The position numbers were made by a program, and so were the translations under genes. Shown here piece by piece: positions 8,839 to 18,821 of a stretch of 64,000 nucleotides of DNA; within the stretch, counting starts at the first letter, position 1, and the number at the start of each line of letters is the position of its first letter. The notes below the pieces were generated by a model that worked only from the letters and a program-made list of their open reading frames with translations, was not told the DNA's origin and searched no databases. The stretch covers positions 62,001-126,000 of the IMG/VR virus record IMGVR_UViG_3300021964_009390; one strand, 5' to 3'.

Positions 8839-9768
8839 ATGAATCTAGACATTGACACTACTACATTTCAAAAAGTCAGCACGATCAAAGTGCCTGACAT
8901 CTTCAACAGACGACTCAAAACCGGCATCAGCAAAATGGATGACATGCTCGGAGGCGGCTTCTTGCCAGGCAGCAGCTTCACTTTGTGTGCACCGGCCGGT
9001 TGCGGCAAGACCACGCTGATGCTTCAGACATTGGACTCGATGGTCAATCTGGGTTATCGTGTGGCTTACGCCAGTGGTGAGGAGAGCATCTTCCAGCTGG
9101 CGCACACATGCTCACGACTCAAAGTGACCAACGTGGACATCGCCAACGAGACTGATGTGGAGACTCTGGTTGACGTGCTGAAAGATTATGACATCTTGAT
9201 CGTCGACTCGTTTCAAGCTCTCACCACTCGCAAAGCCAAGGGCTTTCGAGCAGTCGAGAAACACGCGGTGCAGCGTCTGGTCAAAGCTGCTAAAGACCAC
9301 GAGTGTGTGCTTGGCATGATCATGCACCTGACCAAGAGTGGTGAGCTCAAGGGCAGCACCATCGTGCCTCACACTGTTGACATGAACATCAAGGTGGGTC
9401 CCATGCCTGACACTGATGACGAGATGGCCAGACTGGTGTACATCGACGGCAAGAATCGTTTCGGACCGCTGGGTGACTTCGAGGCCACTCTGGGTTACGG
9501 TGGATACGATTTCAACGCCTCTGTCAAGAAAATTGAAAAAGAGGACAAGACCAAAGTCAAGAGCAAGAGCTCCAGAAAGCAAGAGGAGCTCGAGACTCTG
9601 GAACAACATGACCATTTGAGCATTCGCACCACATGTGAGTTGTTGAGCATCGCGCCGCTTCGTGCGCAGCATCTGTTACGCGAGCTTGTGATGTGTGAGA
9701 AGTATGTCAAATCTGGTCGTGGTCCTGACAGCAGATGGACTCGTGTGGGTTACTCAGGAGTGAGTTGA
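8839..9768 (+). CDS. RadA/Sms-like RecA-fold ATPase with C-terminal HTH-like tail
   Basis: KTGISKMDDMLGGG, Walker A APAGCGKTT, YASGEES, IVDSFQ, HLTKSG.LKG....H.VD, KNRFG. Confidence 0.85.
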   Translation: MNLDIDTTTFQKVSTIKVPDIFNRRLKTGISKMDDMLGGGFLPGSSFTLCAPAGCGKTTLMLQTLDSMVNLGYRVAYASGEESIFQLAHTCSRLKVTNVDIANETDVETLVDVLKDYDILIVDSFQALTTRKAKGFRAVEKHAVQRLVKAAKDHECVLGMIMHLTKSGELKGSTIVPHTVDMNIKVGPMPDTDDEMARLVYIDGKNRFGPLGDFEATLGYGGYDFNASVKKIEKEDKTKVKSKSSRKQEELETLEQHDHLSIRTTCELLSIAPLRAQHLLRELVMCEKYVKSGRGPDSRWTRVGYSGVS

Positions 9769-9799
9769 TGTTTTGCATGTTAATATAAATAGCTATACA

Positions 9800-10369
9800 A
9801 TGTCAGCACATTTTGATTTCAGCAAGTACCTGTCACCTATTTTCATAGAGACGGGTACACATGTAGGTACCGGATGTAAACGTGCCATAAACGCCGGGTT
9901 CAAAACTTTACACTCTATAGAAATCCACCCGGAGATCCACCAGATGGGTAAGAAGAATCTAGACGAATATATCAACTCTAACAACTTGCAGGTGGACATT
10001 CATCTGCACCTAGGTAACAGTGTAGACATGTTGCGCGAGATACTGGATACAATAGATAATCAGTGCACATTTTGGTTAGATGGTCATGGCGGTTATTATG
10101 ATACATCTGTTGAGAAACAATTACGTAACACTGGCACGGTCAACTGCCCGCTCATGCAGGAATTGGAAGCTATAGGTAGTCACCATATTAAGGAACATAT
10201 AATTATGATTGACGATTTGCGTATGATAAACAAAGGAGCTTGGAGAACACCTGGTATTAATGAATCGACAATAAAGGCCGCGATAGACAAAATCAACCCC
10301 GGATACAAATATGTATATGAACCAGGTTGCAGACCTAATGATTGTCTGGTTGCCATGGTACACCAATAA
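9800..10369 (+). CDS. Class I SAM-methyltransferase-like protein
   Basis: FIETGT..G, SIEI, LGNS, FWLDGH, IMIDDLR; TATAAATA upstream at 9784. Confidence 0.7.
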   Translation: MSAHFDFSKYLSPIFIETGTHVGTGCKRAINAGFKTLHSIEIHPEIHQMGKKNLDEYINSNNLQVDIHLHLGNSVDMLREILDTIDNQCTFWLDGHGGYYDTSVEKQLRNTGTVNCPLMQELEAIGSHHIKEHIIMIDDLRMINKGAWRTPGINESTIKAAIDKINPGYKYVYEPGCRPNDCLVAMVHQ

Positions 10370-10411
10370 AAAGTTGTACTATTTAAATTTTAACACTAAT
10401 ATAAACATACA

Positions 10412-10969
10412 ATGAAACTTAAAATACTAGCATTTCTCGCAGCAGCAACCATGGTTGCCACAGCTGCACAGGCATCAACACAACCAGGTTGGGGATCCAA
10501 AACCACTCAGCGTACCATCGGAGGTATTCTTGGTGGAGCCACCATCGGTGGCATCATCGGTCATCAACACGACAAGCAGAAAGAAGGTATCATCATCGGT
10601 ACTGTGCTAGGTGGATTGATTGGAAACAGATCCGGAGCAAACAAAGACTATCGCAACGCGCAAAAGGAACAAGCAGCCTGGGAGGCGCAGAAACGTCGAC
10701 AAGCAGCTGAACGAGCACGTTGGGAACAACAGCGCCGCGCTCGTAGCCAACCTATCATACACACACCAGTATACACTGGCAGCAACTCCGGTAGTTTACA
10801 CAACGACCCGGAGATTGTGGCGGCCAGACAACGTGCCGAGCAACTGGAGCTGGAGCTTCAACGTCAACAACAAGCACGTGAGAGCGCGCTACAGAAGCAA
10901 CGTCTGTTACAAGAGTACGCTGAACGGCAAGCCAGAGCCAGTCAACAATTGGGCAACAGTCAATACTGA
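10412..10969 (+). CDS. Glycine-zipper exported protein with coiled coil
   Basis: Signal peptide (AQA cleavage), GGILGGATIGGIIG..GIIIGTVLGGLIG, Gln/Arg/Glu coiled coil. Confidence 0.8.
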   Translation: MKLKILAFLAAATMVATAAQASTQPGWGSKTTQRTIGGILGGATIGGIIGHQHDKQKEGIIIGTVLGGLIGNRSGANKDYRNAQKEQAAWEAQKRRQAAERARWEQQRRARSQPIIHTPVYTGSNSGSLHNDPEIVAARQRAEQLELELQRQQQARESALQKQRLLQEYAERQARASQQLGNSQY

Positions 10970-11115
10970 TGAAAGCACGCGCCGAGCTATCCGAAGGGCA
11001 GCTCGTGTTCGTGTTGATGGATGAATCAGGTGAGTCAGTGGCCATCATGAAACAGACAACCACCACCACGCTCAAGAAATTTTTGAAACTGGTACATGAC
11101 ATGTTGGATGATTGA
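10969..11115 (+). CDS. Small hypothetical protein
   Basis: 48-codon ORF coupled by TGATG overlap to the upstream gene. Confidence 0.45.
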   Translation: MKARAELSEGQLVFVLMDESGESVAIMKQTTTTTLKKFLKLVHDMLDD

Positions 11116-11914
11116 CGCGTACGACATCATGAACGAGTACGGGAGCGACCCCAAGCGTGATGACGATCTGAACAGATGGAGAGGCGATCTGAATCACAAC
11201 GATTTTCGTCATTGGAAACGCGCCCTCAACTCGCTAGACCCGATGGAAATACAGAGCATGCTAGACGACCATCACCTGAGCCCTGAACTGAGCTGCACCT
11301 ATCACAACAGATACAATCGCACTCGCTGGAGAAGAGCCGAAGATCTGATCAACAAACACACCAGCATGAACGATCTGGTTGTGGACATCGGAGCCGGTAG
11401 TCATGCATCAGTTGTTGACAACATGTTGCGCAAGTATCCTAGACGCAAATACATCATATGCGATCTGGTGAGCCCGTTGCTGCTAGCGTATTACAATTTG
11501 TCCAAGAGCGGTCACAACGTGAGGTACATTCGAGAGGATGATGTGAGTTTCGATTCTTTGAACCCGCTCGATTTGATACACAAGTACGATTGTTTGTTGT
11601 TACCACATCACATGTGTGACGCGTTGTATCACGTGCCCCCACACACCACATTTTACAACTCGTACAGTTTCAGCGAGATGAGCACCGATGAGGTGGAGCA
11701 GTACATGGACATAATAGGCACCTCACAAGGGGTGCTGATCAGCGAGAATTACTGGGCTCGTAACGACATGACTTGTCACCTGTGTGATGAACCAGTCATG
11801 CCAATACATCACATGTTACCGTACGGTTACACATGCAAGTACAATCGTCAACCACATGTTCGAACCAATCCCGGAGCAAGCATTGTTGTGTACACACCAT
11901 CCAACAGAGCGTGA
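11108..11914 (+). CDS. Putative sugar O-methyltransferase
   Basis: VVDIGAG, YIICDL...L.LAYY, FYNSYSFSEM....EQY. Confidence 0.65.
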   Translation: MIDAYDIMNEYGSDPKRDDDLNRWRGDLNHNDFRHWKRALNSLDPMEIQSMLDDHHLSPELSCTYHNRYNRTRWRRAEDLINKHTSMNDLVVDIGAGSHASVVDNMLRKYPRRKYIICDLVSPLLLAYYNLSKSGHNVRYIREDDVSFDSLNPLDLIHKYDCLLLPHHMCDALYHVPPHTTFYNSYSFSEMSTDEVEQYMDIIGTSQGVLISENYWARNDMTCHLCDEPVMPIHHMLPYGYTCKYNRQPHVRTNPGASIVVYTPSNRA

Positions 11915-11916
11915 AC

Positions 11917-11943
11917 AAAAAAAGGCGGTGACTAGCACCGCCT
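11917..11943 (-). terminator. Rho-independent terminator of hsp20
   Basis: AGGCGGTG-5nt-CACCGCCT with T-run on the minus strand. Confidence 0.8.
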
Positions 11944-11967
11944 CAGACAATTGTTCCCAGGAACATG

Positions 11968-12420
11968 TCAAAGAATCTTCACCTTTTTAGGCTCGTCTTT
12001 TTCACGTTTTGGAACTGTGACAAGCAACAGACCATTGTCGAAATCGGCCTGAATTTTTTTCACATTCAGATTGTCTCCTAGTTTGAATGAACGCTTGAAT
12101 GAGGAGCGTTTCAACTCTTTACGTATGTAACGAGCACCTTCATCATTTTTCATCTCACGTTTACCACCAGAGATCATGAGCACCTGTGATTCAAGATCCA
12201 CACTCACATCATCCTTGGCAAGCCCGGGAATTTCTGCTTCAATTGTGATCTTGTCATCGTAGTCCTTCACATCCACTTTAGGATAACTGTTGTTGCCGAA
12301 GAACTCTACACCGTAGTCCTGACCGAACCCGGGCATGGCCTCGTTGAAGAAACGGTCGAGTAAACTATCGACCGGAGTCAGGAAATCATCCCGACTGATT
12401 AACCAGTTGTTATTTTTCAT
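11968..12420 (-). CDS. Small heat shock protein Hsp20
   Basis: YPKVDV, AEIPGLAKDDV, FKRSFKL, ADFDNGLLLVTVPK; SD AGAAAGGAGGT. Confidence 0.95.
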   Translation of the reverse strand: MKNNNWLISRDDFLTPVDSLLDRFFNEAMPGFGQDYGVEFFGNNSYPKVDVKDYDDKITIEAEIPGLAKDDVSVDLESQVLMISGGKREMKNDEGARYIRKELKRSSFKRSFKLGDNLNVKKIQADFDNGLLLVTVPKREKDEPKKVKIL

Positions 12421-12560
12421 GTGTATTTCACCTCCTTTCTAAACTTTATGTCTTAGCGTGCAGCCTCGATCGAGCACTGTACATATATAATTTAGTCTAG
12501 CGATGAATATATTTCAACAAAAAAGTTGCGATTGTGAGTGATGGTTACTATAATGTAGTT

Positions 12561-13535
12561 ATGATTAGTCAATTAATTAGCTTAGATGAACGGGCAGGGA
12601 CAAACGTCAGTGGTTACGATACCATCGATGACGTGTTGGGCGCTGCATCACTCAATTTTAACGTCGAGAAGACCCCTGCACATGATCCGGAAGGAAACGA
12701 AGTGCCAGGTGTCAATTTGATCCGTCGGACAGACACCAACGCTGTGCTCGGTACATGTGGTAAACGTTACCAGTGTATCGACAATCGTGAGATGTTCGAA
12801 CCATTCGCTAGCGTCGTGGAGAACACTGGAGCTAAATATGAAAGCGCCGGTACCATAGGCGGTGGCAAGATCAACTGGATCAGTGCACGTCTCCCCAAGG
12901 AACTCACGGTCAATGTTGGTAAGACCAAAGACCTATACGAGCAGCGTCTGGTGATGATGAGCTATCATGACGGGTTGCGACGTAACAGTTATTTCAGTTT
13001 CAACAAGCGCGTGATTTGCAACAACATGCTTAGCCAATTGAGCCGAGCCGCTAGCAAGTCGTTAGGTGTGAGACACACTCCAAGCTGGGAGGCTCAACTG
13101 GATGTGGCCAATCAAGCGTTCTCCGAGAGTGTCAAGGACATGTACGCTTTCCAGGAGAATGGTGAGTGGTTGGCCAAGCAACAGATGAGCGAGGAACAGG
13201 CGCTGATGTTTGGTTATCGTTTCTTTGGTCGTTGGATTGAAAACGAGGAGCGTGAGAAAAAAGACAAAGAACGATCCGATCGGTCCAAGACTCTTGAAGA
13301 GACCAAGGTTGCTACTCTGATGAAGCTGTTCAACGAAGGTCTGGGTAACGAAGGCAAGACCCGATACGACATGCTCAACGCTGTGACTGAGTACCTTGAT
13401 CACCACGCGGTCAAGAAGAACACCAACAGTGGCAAGAGATTGCTCAGCAATTTGAATGGTGCTCAACGCACGCTCAAGAGCCGCGCGCTTCAAGAACTGA
13501 GCAACACCGAGGGTTATTTGAAACTAGCAGCATGA
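12561..13535 (+). CDS. DUF932 family phage/plasmid protein
   Basis: RRTDTNAVLG..GKRYQCIDN, SAG..GGG, HDG, RVICNN, RHT, NAVTEYLDH; leaderless ATG 6 nt after TATAAT. Confidence 0.85.
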   Translation: MISQLISLDERAGTNVSGYDTIDDVLGAASLNFNVEKTPAHDPEGNEVPGVNLIRRTDTNAVLGTCGKRYQCIDNREMFEPFASVVENTGAKYESAGTIGGGKINWISARLPKELTVNVGKTKDLYEQRLVMMSYHDGLRRNSYFSFNKRVICNNMLSQLSRAASKSLGVRHTPSWEAQLDVANQAFSESVKDMYAFQENGEWLAKQQMSEEQALMFGYRFFGRWIENEEREKKDKERSDRSKTLEETKVATLMKLFNEGLGNEGKTRYDMLNAVTEYLDHHAVKKNTNSGKRLLSNLNGAQRTLKSRALQELSNTEGYLKLAA

Positions 13536-13735
13536 GTTTAGATGTACAAGCCAATGCGAAACTACCATTGAGAAGATATCGCCGGATCGATTGGGGCAAA
13601 CCGGCTCCACCGATCCCGGGATGGAACGAGCCACGAGCGATGTTGACGTTATGGGAAGCACAGGAAAAAAATCGAGCGTTCCGGTTCAACAGGGCCACAT
13701 ATCGTTGGATACTAGATGACCCAGATGCTGAGTGA
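13532..13735 (+). CDS. Hypothetical protein
   Basis: ATGA overlap with the upstream stop. Confidence 0.55.
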   Translation: MSLDVQANAKLPLRRYRRIDWGKPAPPIPGWNEPRAMLTLWEAQEKNRAFRFNRATYRWILDDPDAE

Positions 13736-14261
13736 CATGGGGTTCAAGACACGCTTAGACTGGTTAGACATACAACTGTGTGTGGGTAAGATTGTAGATC
13801 AAATAATTGAATCTGGATTCAAACCCAAACACATTGTGGGGCTGAGCCGTGGTGGTCTAGTTCCGGCCACCATGCTGGCTAACGCACTCAACGTACGAGA
13901 GGTGTATGTACATGGCTATCACAGCTACGATGATGATACCAACATGCGTGATATCGACAACCCACATGGAGTGATGTATCAAGATGTTGTACCAGATTTA
14001 ATGTGCAACTGTCAAGGACGTGAAGTTTTGATTGTAGACGATTTGTGTGACGAAGGTATCACCATGCTAGGCTTGCTCCGCCGACTGGAGAAAAAGTTCC
14101 ACGACGGTGCGATCAAAGTGAGGTGCGCGGCTTTGTACTGCAAGCAACGCAGTCAGTTTGAGCCATTGTATGTTGGAGAACATGTGGACAACGACTGGCT
14201 GGTTTTTCCATGGGAACAACAGTTGCCAAAACAATCAATACGAGATAAAATATACAAATGA
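13716..14261 (+). CDS. Purine phosphoribosyltransferase (Gpt-like)
   Basis: IVGLSRGGLVPA, PRPP-binding loop VLIVDDLCDEGITM, WLVFPWE. Confidence 0.9.
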   Translation: MTQMLSDMGFKTRLDWLDIQLCVGKIVDQIIESGFKPKHIVGLSRGGLVPATMLANALNVREVYVHGYHSYDDDTNMRDIDNPHGVMYQDVVPDLMCNCQGREVLIVDDLCDEGITMLGLLRRLEKKFHDGAIKVRCAALYCKQRSQFEPLYVGEHVDNDWLVFPWEQQLPKQSIRDKIYK

Positions 14262-14446
14262 ACATAAACGAACAGACAGACGCATTCACCGGTGCATTGG
14301 ACAATTTGATTGACAAATTCAGTAGAGAGTTTGACTTGAACGTTCAAACAATTGTCGGTGTGTTAGAGGATAAAAAACTAGAATTGTTGCTCACTGGAGT
14401 CAACTTTGAAATAGATCAACCCGGTACATTCGATGAAGATCAGTGA
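14258..14446 (+). CDS. Hypothetical protein
   Basis: Operonic ATGA overlap. Confidence 0.6.
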   Translation: MNINEQTDAFTGALDNLIDKFSREFDLNVQTIVGVLEDKKLELLLTGVNFEIDQPGTFDEDQ

Positions 14447-14747
14447 AGTGGAGATAAAGGAGACTCCGGACGGTGACTTGTACTTCACACTTCCGGATGA
14501 GGTGTATGATCGTCTAGGGTGGAGAGAGGGTGACGAGCTGATATGGGACTGGAGACCCAAGCACAAAGATTTTATAATTAAAAAGTGCCGTTATGAATCT
14601 GTGGAACTGGACCTGGATGATGAAACATTCACCGGAATAGCTAAATTGGCTCATGACAACGACGTCACATTCAACAGACAAATAGAGATGATCATGAAAG
14701 AGTTTATCTCTCATCATGAACAAGTTGCCGATTCAACAGGCATTTGA
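14433..14747 (+). CDS. AbrB/MazE-like DNA-binding protein with second small domain
   Basis: GDLYFTLPDEVYDRLGWREGDELIW. Confidence 0.7.
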   Translation: MKISEVEIKETPDGDLYFTLPDEVYDRLGWREGDELIWDWRPKHKDFIIKKCRYESVELDLDDETFTGIAKLAHDNDVTFNRQIEMIMKEFISHHEQVADSTGI

Positions 14748-14753
14748 TACAAT

Positions 14754-14936
14754 ATGGGTATAACACAACAAGAACTCAAGGAACTAGAACACGACGTGAT
14801 GAAATATTTGAGCACCAAGCGTGGCTGTAAGCATTACAGAACGTTCGAACTAGTGTACGCTTTGATTGAAAAATACAAGTACAAGCGTAGCACCCTCAAC
14901 AAAATAACAGAAGAGATTAACCGTTTAACAGCATGA
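14754..14936 (+). CDS. Hypothetical protein
   Basis: Tightly packed operonic ORF. Confidence 0.55.
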   Translation: MGITQQELKELEHDVMKYLSTKRGCKHYRTFELVYALIEKYKYKRSTLNKITEEINRLTA

Positions 14937-15157
14937 AAACTAACACATTGATCAAAGATATTTTAGGTGAATTGGAACCTCCAGTGAAACAAGACGTGCA
15001 GCCCTACCGAGGTGTGATGGTGTATGATCACAAGACCGCCGGTACCATTCAAGTCATGAATGCCGAAACTTGGGGTGACTGGAAAAGCTATCAACCAGGA
15101 CGATTTGGTCGCTCAGCAGTCAAAAAAGCCGGTGGTAAGAACACGTGTCATATTTAA
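14933..15157 (+). CDS. Hypothetical protein
   Basis: ATGA overlap. Confidence 0.55.
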   Translation: MKTNTLIKDILGELEPPVKQDVQPYRGVMVYDHKTAGTIQVMNAETWGDWKSYQPGRFGRSAVKKAGGKNTCHI

Positions 15158-15158
15158 C

Positions 15159-15368
15159 ATGAACTATCAAGACATATACGTAGTAGAAGATTTTGACGAG
15201 GCTGAACAGTTTCGTTACGAACATAACAATCAAACTGTAGAAGTTGGTACCGCTGTTGCATACGATAAACTATTTGAGAGTATACCAGGTGACAAGGAGG
15301 GGATGACACAGATGATATGTTTCGATGGTATATACTACCAACCGGGAGACGACTATGAGCAAACCTAG
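15159..15368 (+). CDS. Hypothetical acidic protein
   Basis: ATG immediately after the upstream stop. Confidence 0.55.
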   Translation: MNYQDIYVVEDFDEAEQFRYEHNNQTVEVGTAVAYDKLFESIPGDKEGMTQMICFDGIYYQPGDDYEQT

Positions 15369-15606
15369 ATGGCACCCATTACCGGTTGACTCTCAAGTTG
15401 TAGCTGCAATTGAAGATCGGAGAACCGCGCTGAGAGATCTATACTCAAAAGAGGTATCAACTACTCCTGCTGCAGAGGACAGCTGGATATGGCACCATTT
15501 GTTCACCGTGCTAGACCATGCGGAGAAAATATTCAAACTCCCGGTTGAATCTTTGAAGCAAGAGATGGAAAACAATATCAAACAGAACAACGATCATGAC
15601 ACATGA
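15355..15606 (+). CDS. Hypothetical protein
   Basis: GGAG RBS, operonic. Confidence 0.55.
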   Translation: MSKPRWHPLPVDSQVVAAIEDRRTALRDLYSKEVSTTPAAEDSWIWHHLFTVLDHAEKIFKLPVESLKQEMENNIKQNNDHDT

Positions 15607-15949
15607 AGACATAATTGAACATGTAGCGTATGAACGTGGCAAGTACGCGAGCCAGTCACACACATATGGTACACCGGATGGGGAAGAATACTTCCACACC
15701 AGAAGCAAACGAGACATAAAATATAGAGCTCGTGAGTATGCGATGGATGAAGAGGATGTCAGCAACTTGAAGATGTCACACAAATTGACCCAGGAACTCG
15801 ACCATGTGCTGATACAACTAGAAGAACTACTGTACATGCTGGGAGACCAACCAACACCACCTACAGAAGACGAGGTGCTCAACTATGTGATCGGTATGAT
15901 CGAGAGTGTAAAAGTCAAAAAGAATAAAGTTGCGATCAACAACAAATGA
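15596..15949 (+). CDS. Hypothetical protein
   Basis: Operonic ORF. Confidence 0.6.
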   Translation: MTHEDIIEHVAYERGKYASQSHTYGTPDGEEYFHTRSKRDIKYRAREYAMDEEDVSNLKMSHKLTQELDHVLIQLEELLYMLGDQPTPPTEDEVLNYVIGMIESVKVKKNKVAINNK

Positions 15950-15964
15950 GAATAATATCGAGAT

Positions 15965-16204
15965 ATGGAAAGGCAATATGAGTATAGAATAAAGTATCAG
16001 CATGCTGATGATGTGTTGACTAACTATCACTATTATCAAGCAGAAACTGCTGAACAAGCGCTCAATTACCAACTAGAGATGGTGGAACATCATGGCTGGG
16101 ACATTGAAATTCTCCAAGTGGAACGCAAATGCCCGTGGTCCGGGAATTGGGAAGATAAAAGCGAAGTATTAACAAATCAAACAACTACACAAATAAATGA
16201 ATGA
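15965..16204 (+). CDS. Hypothetical protein
   Basis: Leaderless ATG after TTGCGA-17-TAATAT. Confidence 0.65.
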   Translation: MERQYEYRIKYQHADDVLTNYHYYQAETAEQALNYQLEMVEHHGWDIEILQVERKCPWSGNWEDKSEVLTNQTTTQINE

Positions 16205-16442
16205 AGACAATATAGATGCAAATGATCTGTTAGATCGTTGGTTCAACAGTGATGCGTGGAACACAATATGTAAAGATGCTGATGGTGATGATGCTGATAG
16301 CCTGGAGATACTAGAACAGGTTAATGAACAACTACAATCGCTGATATTTCATGTGCGCAACAACTCTGGTAACGCTCGTGTGGAATACGAACTACGCTAC
16401 TTCGCAGAACTATGTGAGATGTTTGAAGTACCTTTATTCTGA
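16197..16442 (+). CDS. Hypothetical acidic protein
   Basis: Operonic overlap. Confidence 0.6.
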   Translation: MNEDNIDANDLLDRWFNSDAWNTICKDADGDDADSLEILEQVNEQLQSLIFHVRNNSGNARVEYELRYFAELCEMFEVPLF

Positions 16443-16636
16443 TGAAAATAACAATAGAACCATACAGCGGGGGTGTGTTCACCGCGCAGAATGACGCGGA
16501 GCATATTGGTGAGGTCATCACCTTGTTCAAAGGTTTGCTAGTGAATGCTGGATATCACCCAAACACAGTTGACGAGTACTTGTCAGTTGAGGAGGAATGG
16601 TTCCCGGACAAAAATGAATCAGAAACAAACGACTAG
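16442..16636 (+). CDS. Hypothetical protein
   Basis: TGATG coupling. Confidence 0.6.
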   Translation: MKITIEPYSGGVFTAQNDAEHIGEVITLFKGLLVNAGYHPNTVDEYLSVEEEWFPDKNESETND

Positions 16637-16707
16637 GACCACCGCCAACGCAACCAGCATCGTGATTTGCTTAACTGTAACATGATGTATCATAACCATA
16701 TTTAATC

Positions 16708-16899
16708 ATGAACGACCAAGAAACAACTCCTATGACCCGTATCGTCAATGACGTGTTAGACGAATGGAAAGACACACAATTTAATATCGCCAGTGAATCC
16801 GCTAGATATCTACTGGCTTTAGCTGTAGCTGAACGTGTTGATGAACACGTGAAGCAATTGATAGAAGACATAGTCTGCCCTGGAGACACCTGGGGATAA
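16708..16899 (+). CDS. Hypothetical protein
   Basis: ORF upstream of tRNA. Confidence 0.55.
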   Translation: MNDQETTPMTRIVNDVLDEWKDTQFNIASESARYLLALAVAERVDEHVKQLIEDIVCPGDTWG

Positions 16900-16904
16900 C
16901 CCGC

Positions 16905-16980
<76 letters not shown>

Positions 16981-16987
16981 ATTTGAT

Positions 16988-17173
16988 GTGAAATACAAAT
17001 ACAACATAACATACACCAAAGATGGAACTAGAGACACAATGAACTTCAAGAACAAAGACACCATGATAAAATACCTTGAAACACACCGATACAAAATGTC
17101 CAGCTGGGGCAGAGTCACAGTCAATTTCAACCAGGTCTCCCTACCACTCAAAGCGACCGTGTGGAGCAGCTGA
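16988..17173 (+). CDS. Hypothetical protein
   Basis: ORF after tRNA. Confidence 0.5.
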   Translation: MKYKYNITYTKDGTRDTMNFKNKDTMIKYLETHRYKMSSWGRVTVNFNQVSLPLKATVWSS

Positions 17174-17174
17174 C

Positions 17175-17357
17175 ATGTTATACGAAATATCAGACGAAGA
17201 CATACAAGCGATCAAAAATGTTGAGATCATAGTGAATGAAATGTATGACTCTAGGCGCGTGGTAGAGGCTGATGATATAATAGCATTACGATCAATCAAT
17301 CGATTGAAACGGATTGTGAAGGCATGGGAACATGATGAACAGATGTGGGACCAATAA
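17175..17357 (+). CDS. Hypothetical protein
   Basis: GGAG RBS, ATG 17175. Confidence 0.55.
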   Translation: MLYEISDEDIQAIKNVEIIVNEMYDSRRVVEADDIIALRSINRLKRIVKAWEHDEQMWDQ

Positions 17358-17397
17358 ATGGTTGACATATATTACTGAACCAATATAATACACGTAC

Positions 17398-17673
17398 ATG
17401 TACACAAGCACACAACAAGCAGACGATGCATGGGACGAATACTTCTCATCATCAGACGACCGGCATGAGAGATATCATAGAGAACGTGAGGATCTTAGAA
17501 TCAACGACATGATAGAGCAGCAACACTATCATGACCTGTATTGTGCCGAGCAAATGGGTATGTTATCGTACGACAAGGATGGTGTACCGTGCATGGATGA
17601 ATATTATGAATACTGGAACAGATTAACTAAATACGCGCAACATGAAACAGACAGACAACCGACTAGCATTTGA
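17398..17673 (+). CDS. Hypothetical acidic protein
   Basis: TTGACA-16-TATAAT promoter upstream. Confidence 0.6.
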   Translation: MYTSTQQADDAWDEYFSSSDDRHERYHREREDLRINDMIEQQHYHDLYCAEQMGMLSYDKDGVPCMDEYYEYWNRLTKYAQHETDRQPTSI

Positions 17674-17854
17674 CCCACCTCATCGTAAGGAATTGGTCCG
17701 AGAGATAGCAGAACTACAATCCCGGTTACAACCTCACGATACTGGTCATATTCGCACCGCTATAAATGTACTCGAGCTACGAGTTCAGGAGATTGACCGT
17801 TTTCGGAAAAAAGAAAAAGACTGGAAAGATCCATTGCTGTTAGGTAAATACTGA
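17642..17854 (+). CDS. Hypothetical protein
   Basis: Contains HDTGHIRTAI.VL..R motif typical of small myovirus proteins. Confidence 0.6.
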   Translation: MKQTDNRLAFDPPHRKELVREIAELQSRLQPHDTGHIRTAINVLELRVQEIDRFRKKEKDWKDPLLLGKY

Positions 17855-17855
17855 T

Positions 17856-18302
17856 ATGCATAAACAAATTGTAGGCTTCACTGCAGGTAATTTTGACCTG
17901 TTACATCCCGGATATATATACACGTTTGAGGAGGCCAAGCGACATTGTGATCACTTCATGGTGTTTTTGCAACGTGACCCATCTGCCACTCGGTACACCA
18001 AATACAAACCCGTGATTCCGTATTATGAGAGATACAAAGCGTTGATGTCCATAAAGTATGTTGACGAGGTGTACATGTATCAAACCGAAGAGGAACTGGT
18101 TGAATTGATTAAGTTTTGGAAACCAGATGTACGTATACTTGGTGAGGACTATATTGGTAAAAGTTTCACTGGAGACGATCTACCACCTCGAGTGATATAC
18201 ACCACTCGATCTCACGAGTGGAGCACCACTCGATTGAAGGACTTGATAACCAAACAAACAATCAAACAAAACCCTGACATTTTGAATGAACCAGACAAAT
18301 AA
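17856..18302 (+). CDS. Cytidylyltransferase (TagD/HldE-like, HIGH superfamily)
   Basis: GFTAGNFDLLHPG, ER...L..IKYVDEV, LGEDY, RSHEWSTT. Confidence 0.85.
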   Translation: MHKQIVGFTAGNFDLLHPGYIYTFEEAKRHCDHFMVFLQRDPSATRYTKYKPVIPYYERYKALMSIKYVDEVYMYQTEEELVELIKFWKPDVRILGEDYIGKSFTGDDLPPRVIYTTRSHEWSTTRLKDLITKQTIKQNPDILNEPDK

Positions 18303-18306
18303 ACAC

Positions 18307-18382
18307 GCCACCTTAGCTCAGCTGGTAGAGCGGCTCACTTGTAATGAGCAGGTCGTCGGTTCGATCCCGACAGGTGGCTCCA
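18307..18382 (+). tRNA. tRNA-Thr(TGT)
   Basis: 76-nt cloverleaf, anticodon loop CTTGTAA, GGTTCGATC T-arm, encoded CCA. Confidence 0.95.
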
Positions 18383-18389
18383 TTTAACC

Positions 18390-18665
18390 ATGTGGAACTA
18401 CAGAATCATAAAGTTCAAGGACCATGTAGGGTTGTATGAAACAATGTACAACGACGCTGGAGAGATCTGCGCCCATTCTGAAAAACCGGAAATAGTTGGT
18501 GACACTTTCGAAGAAGTAGGAGAAACGCTCAAGCTCATGCTGCATGATTACAACAAGCATGTGGCGAACCCGGATCAAGTGTTGGATGGACCGAGTATCA
18601 AGTTTGGTACATTCTATGATCCAGATGACAAACTTGTACCATTCACAGATCTGGACGACATTTGA
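18390..18665 (+). CDS. Hypothetical phage protein (WNYRI type)
   Basis: MWNYRII...LYE.MY N-terminus common in phages. Confidence 0.65.
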   Translation: MWNYRIIKFKDHVGLYETMYNDAGEICAHSEKPEIVGDTFEEVGETLKLMLHDYNKHVANPDQVLDGPSIKFGTFYDPDDKLVPFTDLDDI

Positions 18666-18821
18666 TAGAGACGGTATTTGGTAGAGATTATGAAAGAACG
18701 GTTACAGTACATATGGTCGATCTGCTCCTTGTTCGTGGTTCTCCCGTGCATGTTGTGTGTGGTGATGTACGATGTCATGACAGAATGGATCTTCGCGCGA
18801 TATCGAGAGTGGAAAAAAAAG

